Of a DNA stretch of 64,000 nt, positions 49,027 to 57,548 are shown one piece after another (positions within the stretch are counted from its first letter, which is position 1; each line of letters starts with the position of its first letter). A model generated the notes under the pieces. That model ran no database searches. It had not been told where the DNA came from and worked only from the letters and a program-made list of their open reading frames with translations. This DNA comes from Collinsella aerofaciens (GTDB lineage Bacteria; Actinomycetota; Coriobacteriia; Coriobacteriales; Coriobacteriaceae), in NCBI GenBank assembly GCA_036301285.1, contig JAXJET010000034.1:841-64840 (forward strand), given 5' to 3'. A program made the translations under genes and the position numbers.

Positions 49027-51804
49027 TTACTTGCGACCGAACTTAATCTTGATGGCGCGCTTGAGCGCGTACTTGCCCAGGCTTGGGAGCTTTTGCTCGT
49101 ATTTGACCATCGTGGAGCACTCGGGGCGGTCGCGATCCAGATGGATGGCGTCGAACGCGCACTTGGTGGTGCACAGGCCGCAGCCGATGCACTTGTTGGG
49201 GTCGACGATCGAGGCGCCGCAGCCCAGGCAGCGGGCGGTCTCGGCGCGCACCTGCTCCTCGGTAAAGGTCTCAACATACTCGCTAAACGGCGCAGCCTTC
49301 TCGCGTTCGCGGTCCACGTGGGCAACCTCGCGGCTCGCGTTGTCGTAGCTCTCGATCACGACATCGTCGCGGTCGAGAGCGGTGTAGTGGCGCTGGTTGC
49401 GGCCGATGGTGAGCGTGGAGCCTGGCTGCACAAAGCGATGGATGGACACGGCGGCCTCGTGACCGGCGGCAATGGCGTCGATGGCAAAGCTCGGACCGGT
49501 GTAGACGTCGCCGCCTACAAAGATGTCGGGCTCGGCGGTCTGATAGGTCTGAGGATCGGCAAGGGCACCCTGGCCGCGGCCGAGCTCCACCTTGGAGCCA
49601 GCTAGCAAGTCGCCCCACACAATGGACTGGCCAATCGACATGACGACACGGTCGGCATCGACACGGCGCAGATCGTTCTCGTCGTACTCGGGCGCAAAAC
49701 GGCCCTCGTCGTCAAAGACACGCGTGCAGCGCTTGAAGGTGATGCCGCACACATGACCGGCCTCGTCCAGGTGAACTTCCTTGGGGCCCCAACCGCAGCT
49801 GATGTGCGCGCCGTCCTCAACGGCCTCGCGACGCTCCTCCTCGCTCGCGGGCATCTGGGCCTCGCTCTCCAGGCAGAACATCTCAACATGCTCGGAGCCC
49901 AGACGGCAGGCGTTGCGGGCCACGTCGATAGCCACGTTGCCGCCGCCCACCACGATGGTGCGGCCGGGTAGCGCGTCTATCTTGCCGCTGTTGACCTCGC
50001 GCAAAAAGTCGACGGCCACGGTCACGTCCTCGGCATCCTCGCCCGGAATACCGGCGAGGCGGCCGCCCTGGCAGCCAATAGCCACGTAGAAGGCCTTAAA
50101 GCCCTGCTCGCGCAGCTCGTCGAGTGTCACATCGCGACCGACCTCCACGCCATAGCGGAACTCGGCGCCCATCAGGCGAATGACCTCGACCTCGGCCTCG
50201 ATAACATCCTTCTGCAGCTTAAAGCTGGGAATGCCGTAGGTGAGCATGCCGCCCGGGCGCTCGTTCTTCTCGAATACGACGGGCTTGTAGCCCTTCTCAG
50301 CCAGATAGAAGGCGCAGGACAGACCGGCCGGGCCGGCACCGATGATGGCGATCTTCTGGTCGAAGCCGCCGGCACGCGTCGGGGTCACCACGGGCGGGAC
50401 ATAGCGGGTCGCGGCGTCCAGATCGCGCTGGGCGATAAACTTCTTGACCTCGTCGATAGCCACGGCCTCGTCCACGCGACCGCGGGTGCAGGCATCCTCG
50501 CAGCGGCGATTGCACACGCGGCCGCAGATAGCGGGCAGCGGGTTCTCGCGCTTGATGAGCGCCAGCGCCTCGTCATAGCGACCCTGCGCCGCGAGCTTTA
50601 AGTAGCCCTGAACAGCGACATGCGCGGGGCAGGCCGTCTTGCAGGGCGCGGTGCCGGACTCGTGCGTCTCGATACGGTTGTCGTTGCGGTAGTTGGGCGA
50701 CCACTTGGTGTGATCCCACTTGGTGGCATCGGGCAGCTCCTGGCGCGGATATTCGGGTACCTGTCCGCCGGCCTTTTTGCTGCAGAGCTTCTGGCCCAGC
50801 TTGGCGGCACCGGCCGGACACACCTCAACGCAGCGACCGCAGGCCACGCACTTGTCCTTTTCGACCTTGGCGACATAGGCCGAGCGCGACAGGTTGGGCG
50901 TGTTGAACAGCTGCGAGGTGCGCAGGGCGTAGCACACGTTGACGTTGCAGTTGCAGATGGCGAAGATCTTGTTCTCGCCGTCGATGTTGGTGATCTGGTG
51001 CACAAAGCCGTTGTCCTCGGCCTGGCGCAGGATGTCGTAAACCTCGTCGCGGGTCACGTAATGGCCACGATCGGTCTCGACCACGTAGTCGGCCATATCG
51101 CCCACGGCGATGCACCAATCGGCCGGGTCGTCTGCACAGCCCTCACCCATCACGCGACGGCTCGCGCGGCAGCTGCAGGTGCTGGCGGCATACTTACCCT
51201 CGTATTTGTCGAGCCAGTGCTCGATATGCTCAATCGGCACCGAGGTGCTCGCGGCGTCAATGGCCTTCTCGACCGGAATGACGTGCATGCCGATACCGGC
51301 GCCTCCGGGCGGCACCATCGGCGTAGCCTTGGACAGCGGGCCTTTGGATGCCTGCTCAAAGAACTTGGCATAGACCGGATGCTCCTCGAGCTGGCCCACG
51401 CGCATGTTGAGGAACTCGGCAGAACCCGGCACCAGCATGGGCAGAACCCACTGCTTGGCGCGCTCGGGGTTTTCCCAGTTGTACTCGAGCAGGCCCGTGT
51501 AGCTCATATCGTCGAGCATCTTCTCGATATCGGCCTCGGGCATGCCGGTGAGCTTGACCATCTCGGGCAGCGTATAGGGACGGCGCATCTTCATCTTGCA
51601 GAGCACTTCGGCCTGCTCGTCAGTCGCGGCCTCGGCAAACGACCAGTACTCGTAGCCCAGCAGCTCGTCGCGATGCAGCAGACGGTTGGTGCAGTGCTCG
51701 CACAGTTTGACGATGGCCTCACGCGGATGCTCCGGCAGCGGCGGCACGAACTCCGAGCCGATGTCGGGCTCGGTGTAGCTAATTCCCGGTCCGTTGAGAA
51801 TCAT
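49027..51804 (-). CDS. Multidomain Fe-S/FAD oxidoreductase with a GltD-like (glutamate synthase small-subunit-like) core and terminal ferredoxin domains
   Basis: About 925 aa. A Cys-rich N-terminal domain of about 330 aa precedes a 4Fe-4S motif (CVACGRCVEVCP). A GltD-like Fe-S region (CPAH..., CNRRCEDAC) and a Rossmann motif IAIIGAGPAGLSCA follow. A second NAD(P) site (VVGGGNVAID) and a C-terminal CIGCGLCTTKC complete the protein. The ATG is at 51804. Confidence 0.8.
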   Translation of the reverse strand: MILNGPGISYTEPDIGSEFVPPLPEHPREAIVKLCEHCTNRLLHRDELLGYEYWSFAEAATDEQAEVLCKMKMRRPYTLPEMVKLTGMPEADIEKMLDDMSYTGLLEYNWENPERAKQWVLPMLVPGSAEFLNMRVGQLEEHPVYAKFFEQASKGPLSKATPMVPPGGAGIGMHVIPVEKAIDAASTSVPIEHIEHWLDKYEGKYAASTCSCRASRRVMGEGCADDPADWCIAVGDMADYVVETDRGHYVTRDEVYDILRQAEDNGFVHQITNIDGENKIFAICNCNVNVCYALRTSQLFNTPNLSRSAYVAKVEKDKCVACGRCVEVCPAGAAKLGQKLCSKKAGGQVPEYPRQELPDATKWDHTKWSPNYRNDNRIETHESGTAPCKTACPAHVAVQGYLKLAAQGRYDEALALIKRENPLPAICGRVCNRRCEDACTRGRVDEAVAIDEVKKFIAQRDLDAATRYVPPVVTPTRAGGFDQKIAIIGAGPAGLSCAFYLAEKGYKPVVFEKNERPGGMLTYGIPSFKLQKDVIEAEVEVIRLMGAEFRYGVEVGRDVTLDELREQGFKAFYVAIGCQGGRLAGIPGEDAEDVTVAVDFLREVNSGKIDALPGRTIVVGGGNVAIDVARNACRLGSEHVEMFCLESEAQMPASEEERREAVEDGAHISCGWGPKEVHLDEAGHVCGITFKRCTRVFDDEGRFAPEYDENDLRRVDADRVVMSIGQSIVWGDLLAGSKVELGRGQGALADPQTYQTAEPDIFVGGDVYTGPSFAIDAIAAGHEAAVSIHRFVQPGSTLTIGRNQRHYTALDRDDVVIESYDNASREVAHVDREREKAAPFSEYVETFTEEQVRAETARCLGCGASIVDPNKCIGCGLCTTKCAFDAIHLDRDRPECSTMVKYEQKLPSLGKYALKRAIKIKFGRK

Positions 51805-51896
51805 GGTTGTCCCTTCTCTTGCCACAGCCCGGCGAGACCGCGGCACCCCTCTTTTTTGCAGGCCGGGCATGCCCCCATGCCGTTCACCCGCCATTG

Positions 51897-51934
51897 TTGA
51901 CATTGTGTCAAAAATAGTATTGACGAACCGTCAA
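51897..51934. promoter_or_regulatory. Two candidate TetR operators: TTGACA-TTG-TGTCAA and TTGACG-AAC-CGTCAA
   Basis: Perfect 6-3-6 palindromes at 51897-51911 and 51920-51934. They sit in the divergent region between the oxidoreductase (start 51804) and tetR (start 51993). Confidence 0.6.
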
Positions 51935-51992
51935 CAATATTCAAGACTGTTAGGCGAACGGTCAGGCAAAAGAGGGTGAAAGGCGGCAAAAC

Positions 51993-52655
51993 ATGAGCAA
52001 CAACACAGCAGACACCTCTGTGGTCGATGCCGTCCCCGCATCCGATAGCGCGGCAAAGCGCCTGACGGGTGACGAACGCCGTCGCGAGATCCTCGATGCC
52101 GTGCGCACCGTAAGCTCCGAGCTGGGCGTGTCCCACCTATCGGTATCGGCCGTGACCAAGCGAGCCGGCTGCACGCGCTCGCTGTTCTACCACTACTTCG
52201 CCGACATGGACGCCGCCGTCACCGCTGTTATGGACGAGGCAATCGACGGTTTTATCTCCGAGCTCGAGCAGTGGAATGCCAACCGCACCGTCGGCGATAT
52301 CGAGGGCGCACTCGACACCGTCGCCCCGCTCTTTAAGCGCCTGGTCGCCAGCGGCCACGAGCTGCCGAGTACGCTCACCTCAAGCAGCGGTGCGCTCTAC
52401 GGCGGCTTTCTGCACAACGTGGTCCAACGCGTGGCGCAGTATATCTGCGACACCACCGTGGTGGATTTTGTCGCCCATCATGAGCTACGCATCGACCATG
52501 TCTACGAGACGTTCTACACCCTCATCATGGGTCTTTTGATGTATATCCGCACGCACCCCGATGTGCCCGACGAGACGGTCAAGGAAATCATCGCCTCGAC
52601 GCTCCACATCGAGGGCTACACCGCCAAGTATCCGGAGCGCAAGCCCCAGAACTGA
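51993..52655 (+). CDS. TetR/AcrR-family transcriptional regulator
   Basis: An N-terminal HTH (RRREILDAVRTVSSELGVSHLSVSAVTKRAGCTRSLFYHYF) and a helical C-terminal domain. Confidence 0.85.
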   Translation: MSNNTADTSVVDAVPASDSAAKRLTGDERRREILDAVRTVSSELGVSHLSVSAVTKRAGCTRSLFYHYFADMDAAVTAVMDEAIDGFISELEQWNANRTVGDIEGALDTVAPLFKRLVASGHELPSTLTSSSGALYGGFLHNVVQRVAQYICDTTVVDFVAHHELRIDHVYETFYTLIMGLLMYIRTHPDVPDETVKEIIASTLHIEGYTAKYPERKPQN

Positions 52656-52718
52656 CGACATTTGGCCAAACTGCCCGCGATCAGAAGAGGGGCCGCGGGC
52701 GTGTGAAAGGAGAGCAGC

Positions 52719-53726
52719 ATGCTGTTCGATGTTTGGGGTAGCGATACCCTTATCCACTGGGCCGGCTGGGCCATGGTCTTTATTGGCCTGATCGTGCTCA
52801 ACGAGGTCGGCCGCCGCACCAAGCTGGGCGCGGCAATCATCTTTGGCGTGGCTCCGTTGGCCATGACCATCTACTGCGTCGCCATCGCCATCGGCGTCTC
52901 ACAGGGCGCCGAGTGGGCGCTCACCAACCCAACCCATGTGTACCAGAACAGCTGGTTCCACTACGCCAAGGTGTACGCGGCGCTGGCCGGTTGCTGGGGC
53001 TTCATTGCCATTAAGTACCAGTGGGGCAAGATCGGCAAGGCGCATTGGTTCCGCGCGTGGCCGTTTGTGATCGTCGCCATCAACATCATGATCGCCGTCG
53101 TGTCCGACTTCGAGAGCGCCTATCACTTCTTTGTCCTGGGCCAGTCCACCTGGGTCACCTCCGAGGGTGCCACGCAGCTTGCCGGCTGGAACAACGTGTT
53201 CAACGGCATCGCCGGTCTCATCAACATCTTCTGCATGACCGGTTGGTGGAGCGTCTACGCCTCCGAGGATCAGACCGACATGTTGTGGCCCGACATGACT
53301 TGGGTCTACATCATCGCCTACGATATCTGGAACTTCTGCTACACCTACAACTGCCTGCCCACCCACTCCTGGTTCTGCGGCTTTGCGCTGCTGCTGGCGC
53401 CCACCGTCGCCGCCTTTATCTGGAACAAGGGCGGCTGGATTCAGAACCGCGCCTTTACGCTTGCTATTTGGTGCATGTTTGCCCAGGTGTTCCCGTACTT
53501 CCAGGAGGAGTCCATCTTTGTGACCCACTCCACGCTCGACCCCGGCGCCGCCACCGCGGTCTCGATCGCCGCGCTGATCGCCAACGTCGCCGCAATCATC
53601 TACATCGCCTACCGCGCCAAGAAGCTCGGTCGCAATCCCTACAAGCAGGATGTCTTTGAGGGCACCAGCGATTGGGAGAAGGCTACCGCTCGCCGCGCCA
53701 AGGTCGATTACGCGCACGCCGAGTAA
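52719..53726 (+). CDS. Trp-rich polytopic membrane protein of unknown function
   Basis: 335 aa with about 9 hydrophobic helices. It starts 63 nt after the tetR stop, so it is probably co-transcribed with tetR. I am not certain of any family assignment. Confidence 0.6.
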   Translation: MLFDVWGSDTLIHWAGWAMVFIGLIVLNEVGRRTKLGAAIIFGVAPLAMTIYCVAIAIGVSQGAEWALTNPTHVYQNSWFHYAKVYAALAGCWGFIAIKYQWGKIGKAHWFRAWPFVIVAINIMIAVVSDFESAYHFFVLGQSTWVTSEGATQLAGWNNVFNGIAGLINIFCMTGWWSVYASEDQTDMLWPDMTWVYIIAYDIWNFCYTYNCLPTHSWFCGFALLLAPTVAAFIWNKGGWIQNRAFTLAIWCMFAQVFPYFQEESIFVTHSTLDPGAATAVSIAALIANVAAIIYIAYRAKKLGRNPYKQDVFEGTSDWEKATARRAKVDYAHAE

Positions 53727-53792
53727 CATGTTGGTCGCTGTTGGCAGTTGGGCATAGGCCCGCCCGTCAGGATTTTCATCCAATGTCTCGCA

Positions 53793-53835
53793 GAGCCCCC
53801 GGAAAGCGTTTCGCTCGCTTTCCGGGGGCTTTTGT
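53793..53835 (+). terminator. Intrinsic terminator after the Trp-rich membrane protein gene
   Basis: AGCCCCCGGAAAGCG-TTTCGCT-CGCTTTCCGGGGGCT followed by TTTG. Confidence 0.8.
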
Positions 53836-53962
53836 CGTTGCGTCTCTATTCATCTGTTCAAAAACATACGCATATATAAAATCGGATTTCAAATCATGCG
53901 GCGGCTCTATGGAGTCCCGTTTTTGGGTACAGTGTTGTCCCGATATTGAGCTTGGGGGATAT

Positions 53963-55465
53963 ATGAAAGATGAGACGACGGGCCAAGAGGATGCGGCCCA
54001 AGATGCAGAAGCTTGCGCTGAGGCCTTGGAGAGCTTAGACCGGATTTCACTCGATGAGATTGCGTTTGACGACTCGGGCGTTGATGTGCAGGATGAGCCG
54101 GAAATCGAGGCGCAGCCCGATGATCAGGATGCAAAAGACGATGGCGCCGCGCCCACCGAAGACGAGGCGGGGCACGAGGAATCCGAATGCGAGGCCGACG
54201 ACCAGCCCGAATCCGACACGAGCGAGGAAACCATCTTGCTCGGCAGCTTGCCGGCCGAAGATTCCCTGACCCGCGAGCTTCCCGGCCTGGGCTCCGCTCC
54301 TGCCGTGGACGAGACCATCGCCATGGGCGATATTCCCCTACCGTCCGTTCCTTCGGCACGCGAAGCCGAGGTCCGTCATCGCAAGATGTCGCCCAAGCGC
54401 CGCAACCTGATGGTTGCCGGCGTTGTGGCCGTCGCGCTCGTCGCCGGCGGCGCAGGCTACGCAGCCTGGAACGGATACCGGCAAGAGCAGGCTGCCATCA
54501 CCGCCGCCAATGCCCACACGATGATGTCGGTGCAGATTGGCGTGCATGCCGCGGGCCTCGACTGTTCCGCCGGCTCCAAGATTCCCGTACAGGTGAGCGG
54601 TCAGGACGCTGATGGCTCCTCCGTGAGCGAAACGCTCTATGTTGACGAGCACGGCCGCGGCATCAAACTGCTGCCCGGCGATTACACGCTCTCCATCGCT
54701 GCCTCCCCCATCGCGGCCGACGGCACCATCTATACCGTCCCGACCACCAAGACGCAGGTCACCGTTAAGAGCGATGGACAGGATTTAAGTGCCCAGGCCA
54801 CCTTTAAGCTCAAGGTGCCTTCGGCCGACACGGTGACTGACGACCGAATCGATGCCGCCGCCAAGTATGCCGAGGAAGGCGGCGCGAGCTCTGCCGCCAC
54901 CACCAAGGTGCTCCAGCAGGCGGCAACCGCGCGGCGCGACGCCGCCGTCAATGCCGTGAGCGCGCAAAAGGCACAGGCGGCCCATGATGCCGACGCCCGT
55001 CACAAGGCAACCGACCTCTATCAGCTCGATATCCCCGTCGAGTGGTACGGCAAGGTCGCAACTTGGCAAAACGGAAGCACGCTATGCATCTATCTGGGCG
55101 ACGACGCCAATACGCCGCTCGTGACGCTCGTCGCGGTGCGCGAGGGCGAGAGCTTTACGCCCGATGAGGGCGATACGGTTTTGGGTGCGGCCAATCTAGG
55201 CAACGGTTATACCGTCTACGCCAGCGGCCCCGTCTATCCGTACGTGGTGCCCCAGACCATCAACGGACGGACGCAGAATCCCGTGTCAACCTACCCCATG
55301 GACACGGCCATTGAGCTTGTCGAGCTTACGACCGGCAACCGCTACACCTATAGCCAGATCAAGAACGACCTGGTTGGCAAAGACGGCAACGCAGACGCCG
55401 CCACCAAACTCGAGACCGACTACCTCGCCCAGATTCTCCTGCCGAGCATCAAAGCCCAGGACTAG
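53963..55465 (+). CDS. Hypothetical single-pass membrane protein with an acidic N-terminus
   Basis: The ATG at 53963 follows GGGGGA. The cytoplasmic region is Asp/Glu-rich, one TM segment is present (LMVAGVVAVALVAGGAGYAAW), and the extracytoplasmic region is about 370 aa. The ORF-track start at 53672 overlaps the upstream gene and its terminator. Confidence 0.6.
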   Translation: MKDETTGQEDAAQDAEACAEALESLDRISLDEIAFDDSGVDVQDEPEIEAQPDDQDAKDDGAAPTEDEAGHEESECEADDQPESDTSEETILLGSLPAEDSLTRELPGLGSAPAVDETIAMGDIPLPSVPSAREAEVRHRKMSPKRRNLMVAGVVAVALVAGGAGYAAWNGYRQEQAAITAANAHTMMSVQIGVHAAGLDCSAGSKIPVQVSGQDADGSSVSETLYVDEHGRGIKLLPGDYTLSIAASPIAADGTIYTVPTTKTQVTVKSDGQDLSAQATFKLKVPSADTVTDDRIDAAAKYAEEGGASSAATTKVLQQAATARRDAAVNAVSAQKAQAAHDADARHKATDLYQLDIPVEWYGKVATWQNGSTLCIYLGDDANTPLVTLVAVREGESFTPDEGDTVLGAANLGNGYTVYASGPVYPYVVPQTINGRTQNPVSTYPMDTAIELVELTTGNRYTYSQIKNDLVGKDGNADAATKLETDYLAQILLPSIKAQD

Positions 55466-55538
55466 CCTGGCACAGCAAGGTGCTCCCCAACCGTGATGAA
55501 GGAGCCAGGAGGTCCTGACCCCACAGGCCCATAGATGA

Positions 55539-56891
55539 TTAGGCAAGGAGCCACTTCCATGCGGGCATAACGTGTACCACACCGTGCTCGCATGGAATAT
55601 CGGTCTGTTCATCCATGGTAACGATTGCCGACTCGCCAAGATCGAACTGGGCCATCGAGGCATCAAGCGCGGCAATTTCGCGCTCGCGCGTTTTCTCACT
55701 TGCCATATCCGCGCTCACCTGAATCAGGCTATAAGCCCGCATGAGAAGTGCGTCCCCAGCAACAAAGTCCACCTCATGGCTTTTACTCTTCTCTTTGATC
55801 AGCAGACGGCAGACCGAGCCGGTCCTCACCGCGGGAGTCCTTCTTCTTAGCGCATTGAACACTGCGGTCTCGAGCCTCTGGCCCTGGTCCAATGCCGATG
55901 CGGGAGAGAATGCTCCAAACATCGCAGGATCGACAGCGTAGACCTTAGACGCAGACCGCATGTTATTTGCCAGTGAACGCGTGAACTCCGGCACAGAAAA
56001 CAACAGGTAGGCGTCCTCATAATACTCAAGTAAGTCGCTGAGCGAATTACGACTGACGGGTATCTGCCTGCTCTTGAACTCGTTATACACTTTGTTCACC
56101 GACAGCTCTCGTCCCGAAGATGCCATACACCGCGTCAGGAACAGCGATGCCAGGCGAGGGTTCTTGACGTCGTAGCGTTCAACGACGTCCATGGCGACCG
56201 TTCGCGAAGCATATTCCTGTAGCAGCTGAATCGCGTCTGCGGGCGTCTGCCCAAGTGTCGCGATGAATCCCCCTCGTTCAAGATATCCGATCAGATGATG
56301 TCGAAGCAGCGCCGCATCGCTCGGGGAAAAGGTCACATCTGGCTCGGGAACGTTCCCCGTCTTATATCGAACGTATTCCGAAAAGCTCAATGGAAAAAGC
56401 TCTCGCACAAGAGAACGACCCCTGAACTCGCTCTTAAGTTCTGAGGACAGCATCTTAGAAGAAGATCCCGTCACATAGACGGTCGCTTTCTCCGTATCGA
56501 CTACACGCCGCAGAAACGCACCCCATTCGGGAATTTCCTGGATCTCGTCAAAGAAAATATAAGCGCCCTCGGTTCGAGCAGCAGGATACAGCGCATAGAA
56601 CGTGTCGAGCACGTCCGCCAGCAGCGATGGCTCATACGGGCGCAAGCGCTCATCCTCAAAATTGAAGTAAAGCATCCGGTCAAGCTCGACGCCCCGGCTC
56701 TGAAGCCGCCGCATCTCCTGATACAGGCGATACGTCTTTCCACAACGGCGGGCCCCCACAATCACATTTACGATGTTGTCGCGCTTTGGCTCCTGTGGGT
56801 TTCCTAGATCAAGGTCTCGCTCAAAGACCTGCGGAACCCCCTGCTGTTCAAAGTCCTTTATTTTCTGGGCGATCAAGTCGTTGAATGCCAT
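55539..56891 (-). CDS. AAA-family ATPase with a DUF4143-type C-terminal domain
   Basis: Walker A GARRCGKT and Walker B IFFDEIQ. The length (450 aa) and layout are typical of AAA_14/DUF4143 proteins. GC looks lower than in flanking genes. Confidence 0.75.
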   Translation of the reverse strand: MAFNDLIAQKIKDFEQQGVPQVFERDLDLGNPQEPKRDNIVNVIVGARRCGKTYRLYQEMRRLQSRGVELDRMLYFNFEDERLRPYEPSLLADVLDTFYALYPAARTEGAYIFFDEIQEIPEWGAFLRRVVDTEKATVYVTGSSSKMLSSELKSEFRGRSLVRELFPLSFSEYVRYKTGNVPEPDVTFSPSDAALLRHHLIGYLERGGFIATLGQTPADAIQLLQEYASRTVAMDVVERYDVKNPRLASLFLTRCMASSGRELSVNKVYNEFKSRQIPVSRNSLSDLLEYYEDAYLLFSVPEFTRSLANNMRSASKVYAVDPAMFGAFSPASALDQGQRLETAVFNALRRRTPAVRTGSVCRLLIKEKSKSHEVDFVAGDALLMRAYSLIQVSADMASEKTREREIAALDASMAQFDLGESAIVTMDEQTDIPCEHGVVHVMPAWKWLLA

Positions 56892-56900
56892 GATTCTCCA

Positions 56901-56958
56901 ATCTTGCTCTCTAGCTAATCAAAATTATAGCGATTCTTGATTAATTAGAGAGCAAGAT
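56901..56958. repeat. 22-bp imperfect inverted repeat immediately upstream of the AAA/DUF4143 gene
   Basis: ATCTTGCTCTCTAGCTAATCAA (56901-56922) pairs with TTGATTAATTAGAGAGCAAGAT (56937-56958) with two mismatches. The context is AT-rich. Confidence 0.7.
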
Positions 56959-57122
56959 TGTGTGTAGCTTGATTAACACTTAAGCAAGTTTTATCACCGT
57001 TATTGCTCCGAAGGATATCGAGTGGCTAAGAGGACAACCGAGCTCGAATGCGACTCCCCGAGCAGTCAATTTGGGACGGGGCTTTTTTGACTACCCTCCC
57101 CCTGTAGAAAAATCCCTAACGC

Positions 57123-57188
57123 AGTTGCGGTGAAATAGGGCTGTTTTTGCTGGTCAAACCGCAAAACAGTCCCTATTTCACCGCAACT
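57123..57188. repeat. 66-bp palindromic element of the AGTTGCGGTG family
   Basis: AGTTGCGGTGAAATAGGGCTGTTTTTGC - loop - GCAAAACAGTCCCTATTTCACCGCAACT. As at 48557, it is followed by TAT. Confidence 0.85.
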
Positions 57189-57212
57189 TATTGGTGGCCT
57201 TTTGGGTGGCAC

Positions 57213-57416
57213 TTAGCGCCAGGGGTCGGCTTCGAACATCGGCTCGCGCTCGGGGCGGCGATCGCTGTAGGGATCGTAGCCGTCATCGTCCTCGTTCTCG
57301 GCACGGATGTAGGGGTCGCGCGGCTTGGGCGCCGGTTTGGGAGAAGCCTTCGGTGCGACCGGCGCGGCGGGCGCTGCCTCAGCAACCGGTGCGTGCGTCT
57401 TGTTCTCGTCTTTCAT
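57213..57416 (-). CDS. Small Pro/Ala- and acid-rich hypothetical protein
   Basis: The ATG at 57416 lies 8 nt after AAGGAG. The protein is low-complexity with no recognisable family, so the ORF may not be expressed. Confidence 0.3.
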   Translation of the reverse strand: MKDENKTHAPVAEAAPAAPVAPKASPKPAPKPRDPYIRAENEDDDGYDPYSDRRPEREPMFEADPWR

Positions 57417-57464
57417 CTGCATAGCTCCTTGCATCGCATCCGTTCAACATTATCGATTGTCGCA

Positions 57465-57503
57465 CGAAAAAGGGCGGCGGACCCAATTGGATCCGCCGCC
57501 CTT
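57465..57503 (-). terminator. Intrinsic terminator of clpB
   Basis: On the minus strand: AAGGGCGGCGGA-TCCAATTGGG-TCCGCCGCCCTT followed by TTTTCG. Confidence 0.85.
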
Positions 57504-57548
57504 GGCGTTTAGAGACGGCTGGCAGATTTTAAGGCATGTCCCATAAAT

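Noticed and set aside
53672-53962. An upstream extension of the ORF at 53672..55465.
   Set aside because: It would overlap the end of the preceding gene and run through a strong intrinsic terminator at 53793-53835. The ATG at 53963 is preceded by a purine-rich RBS-like GGGGGA.
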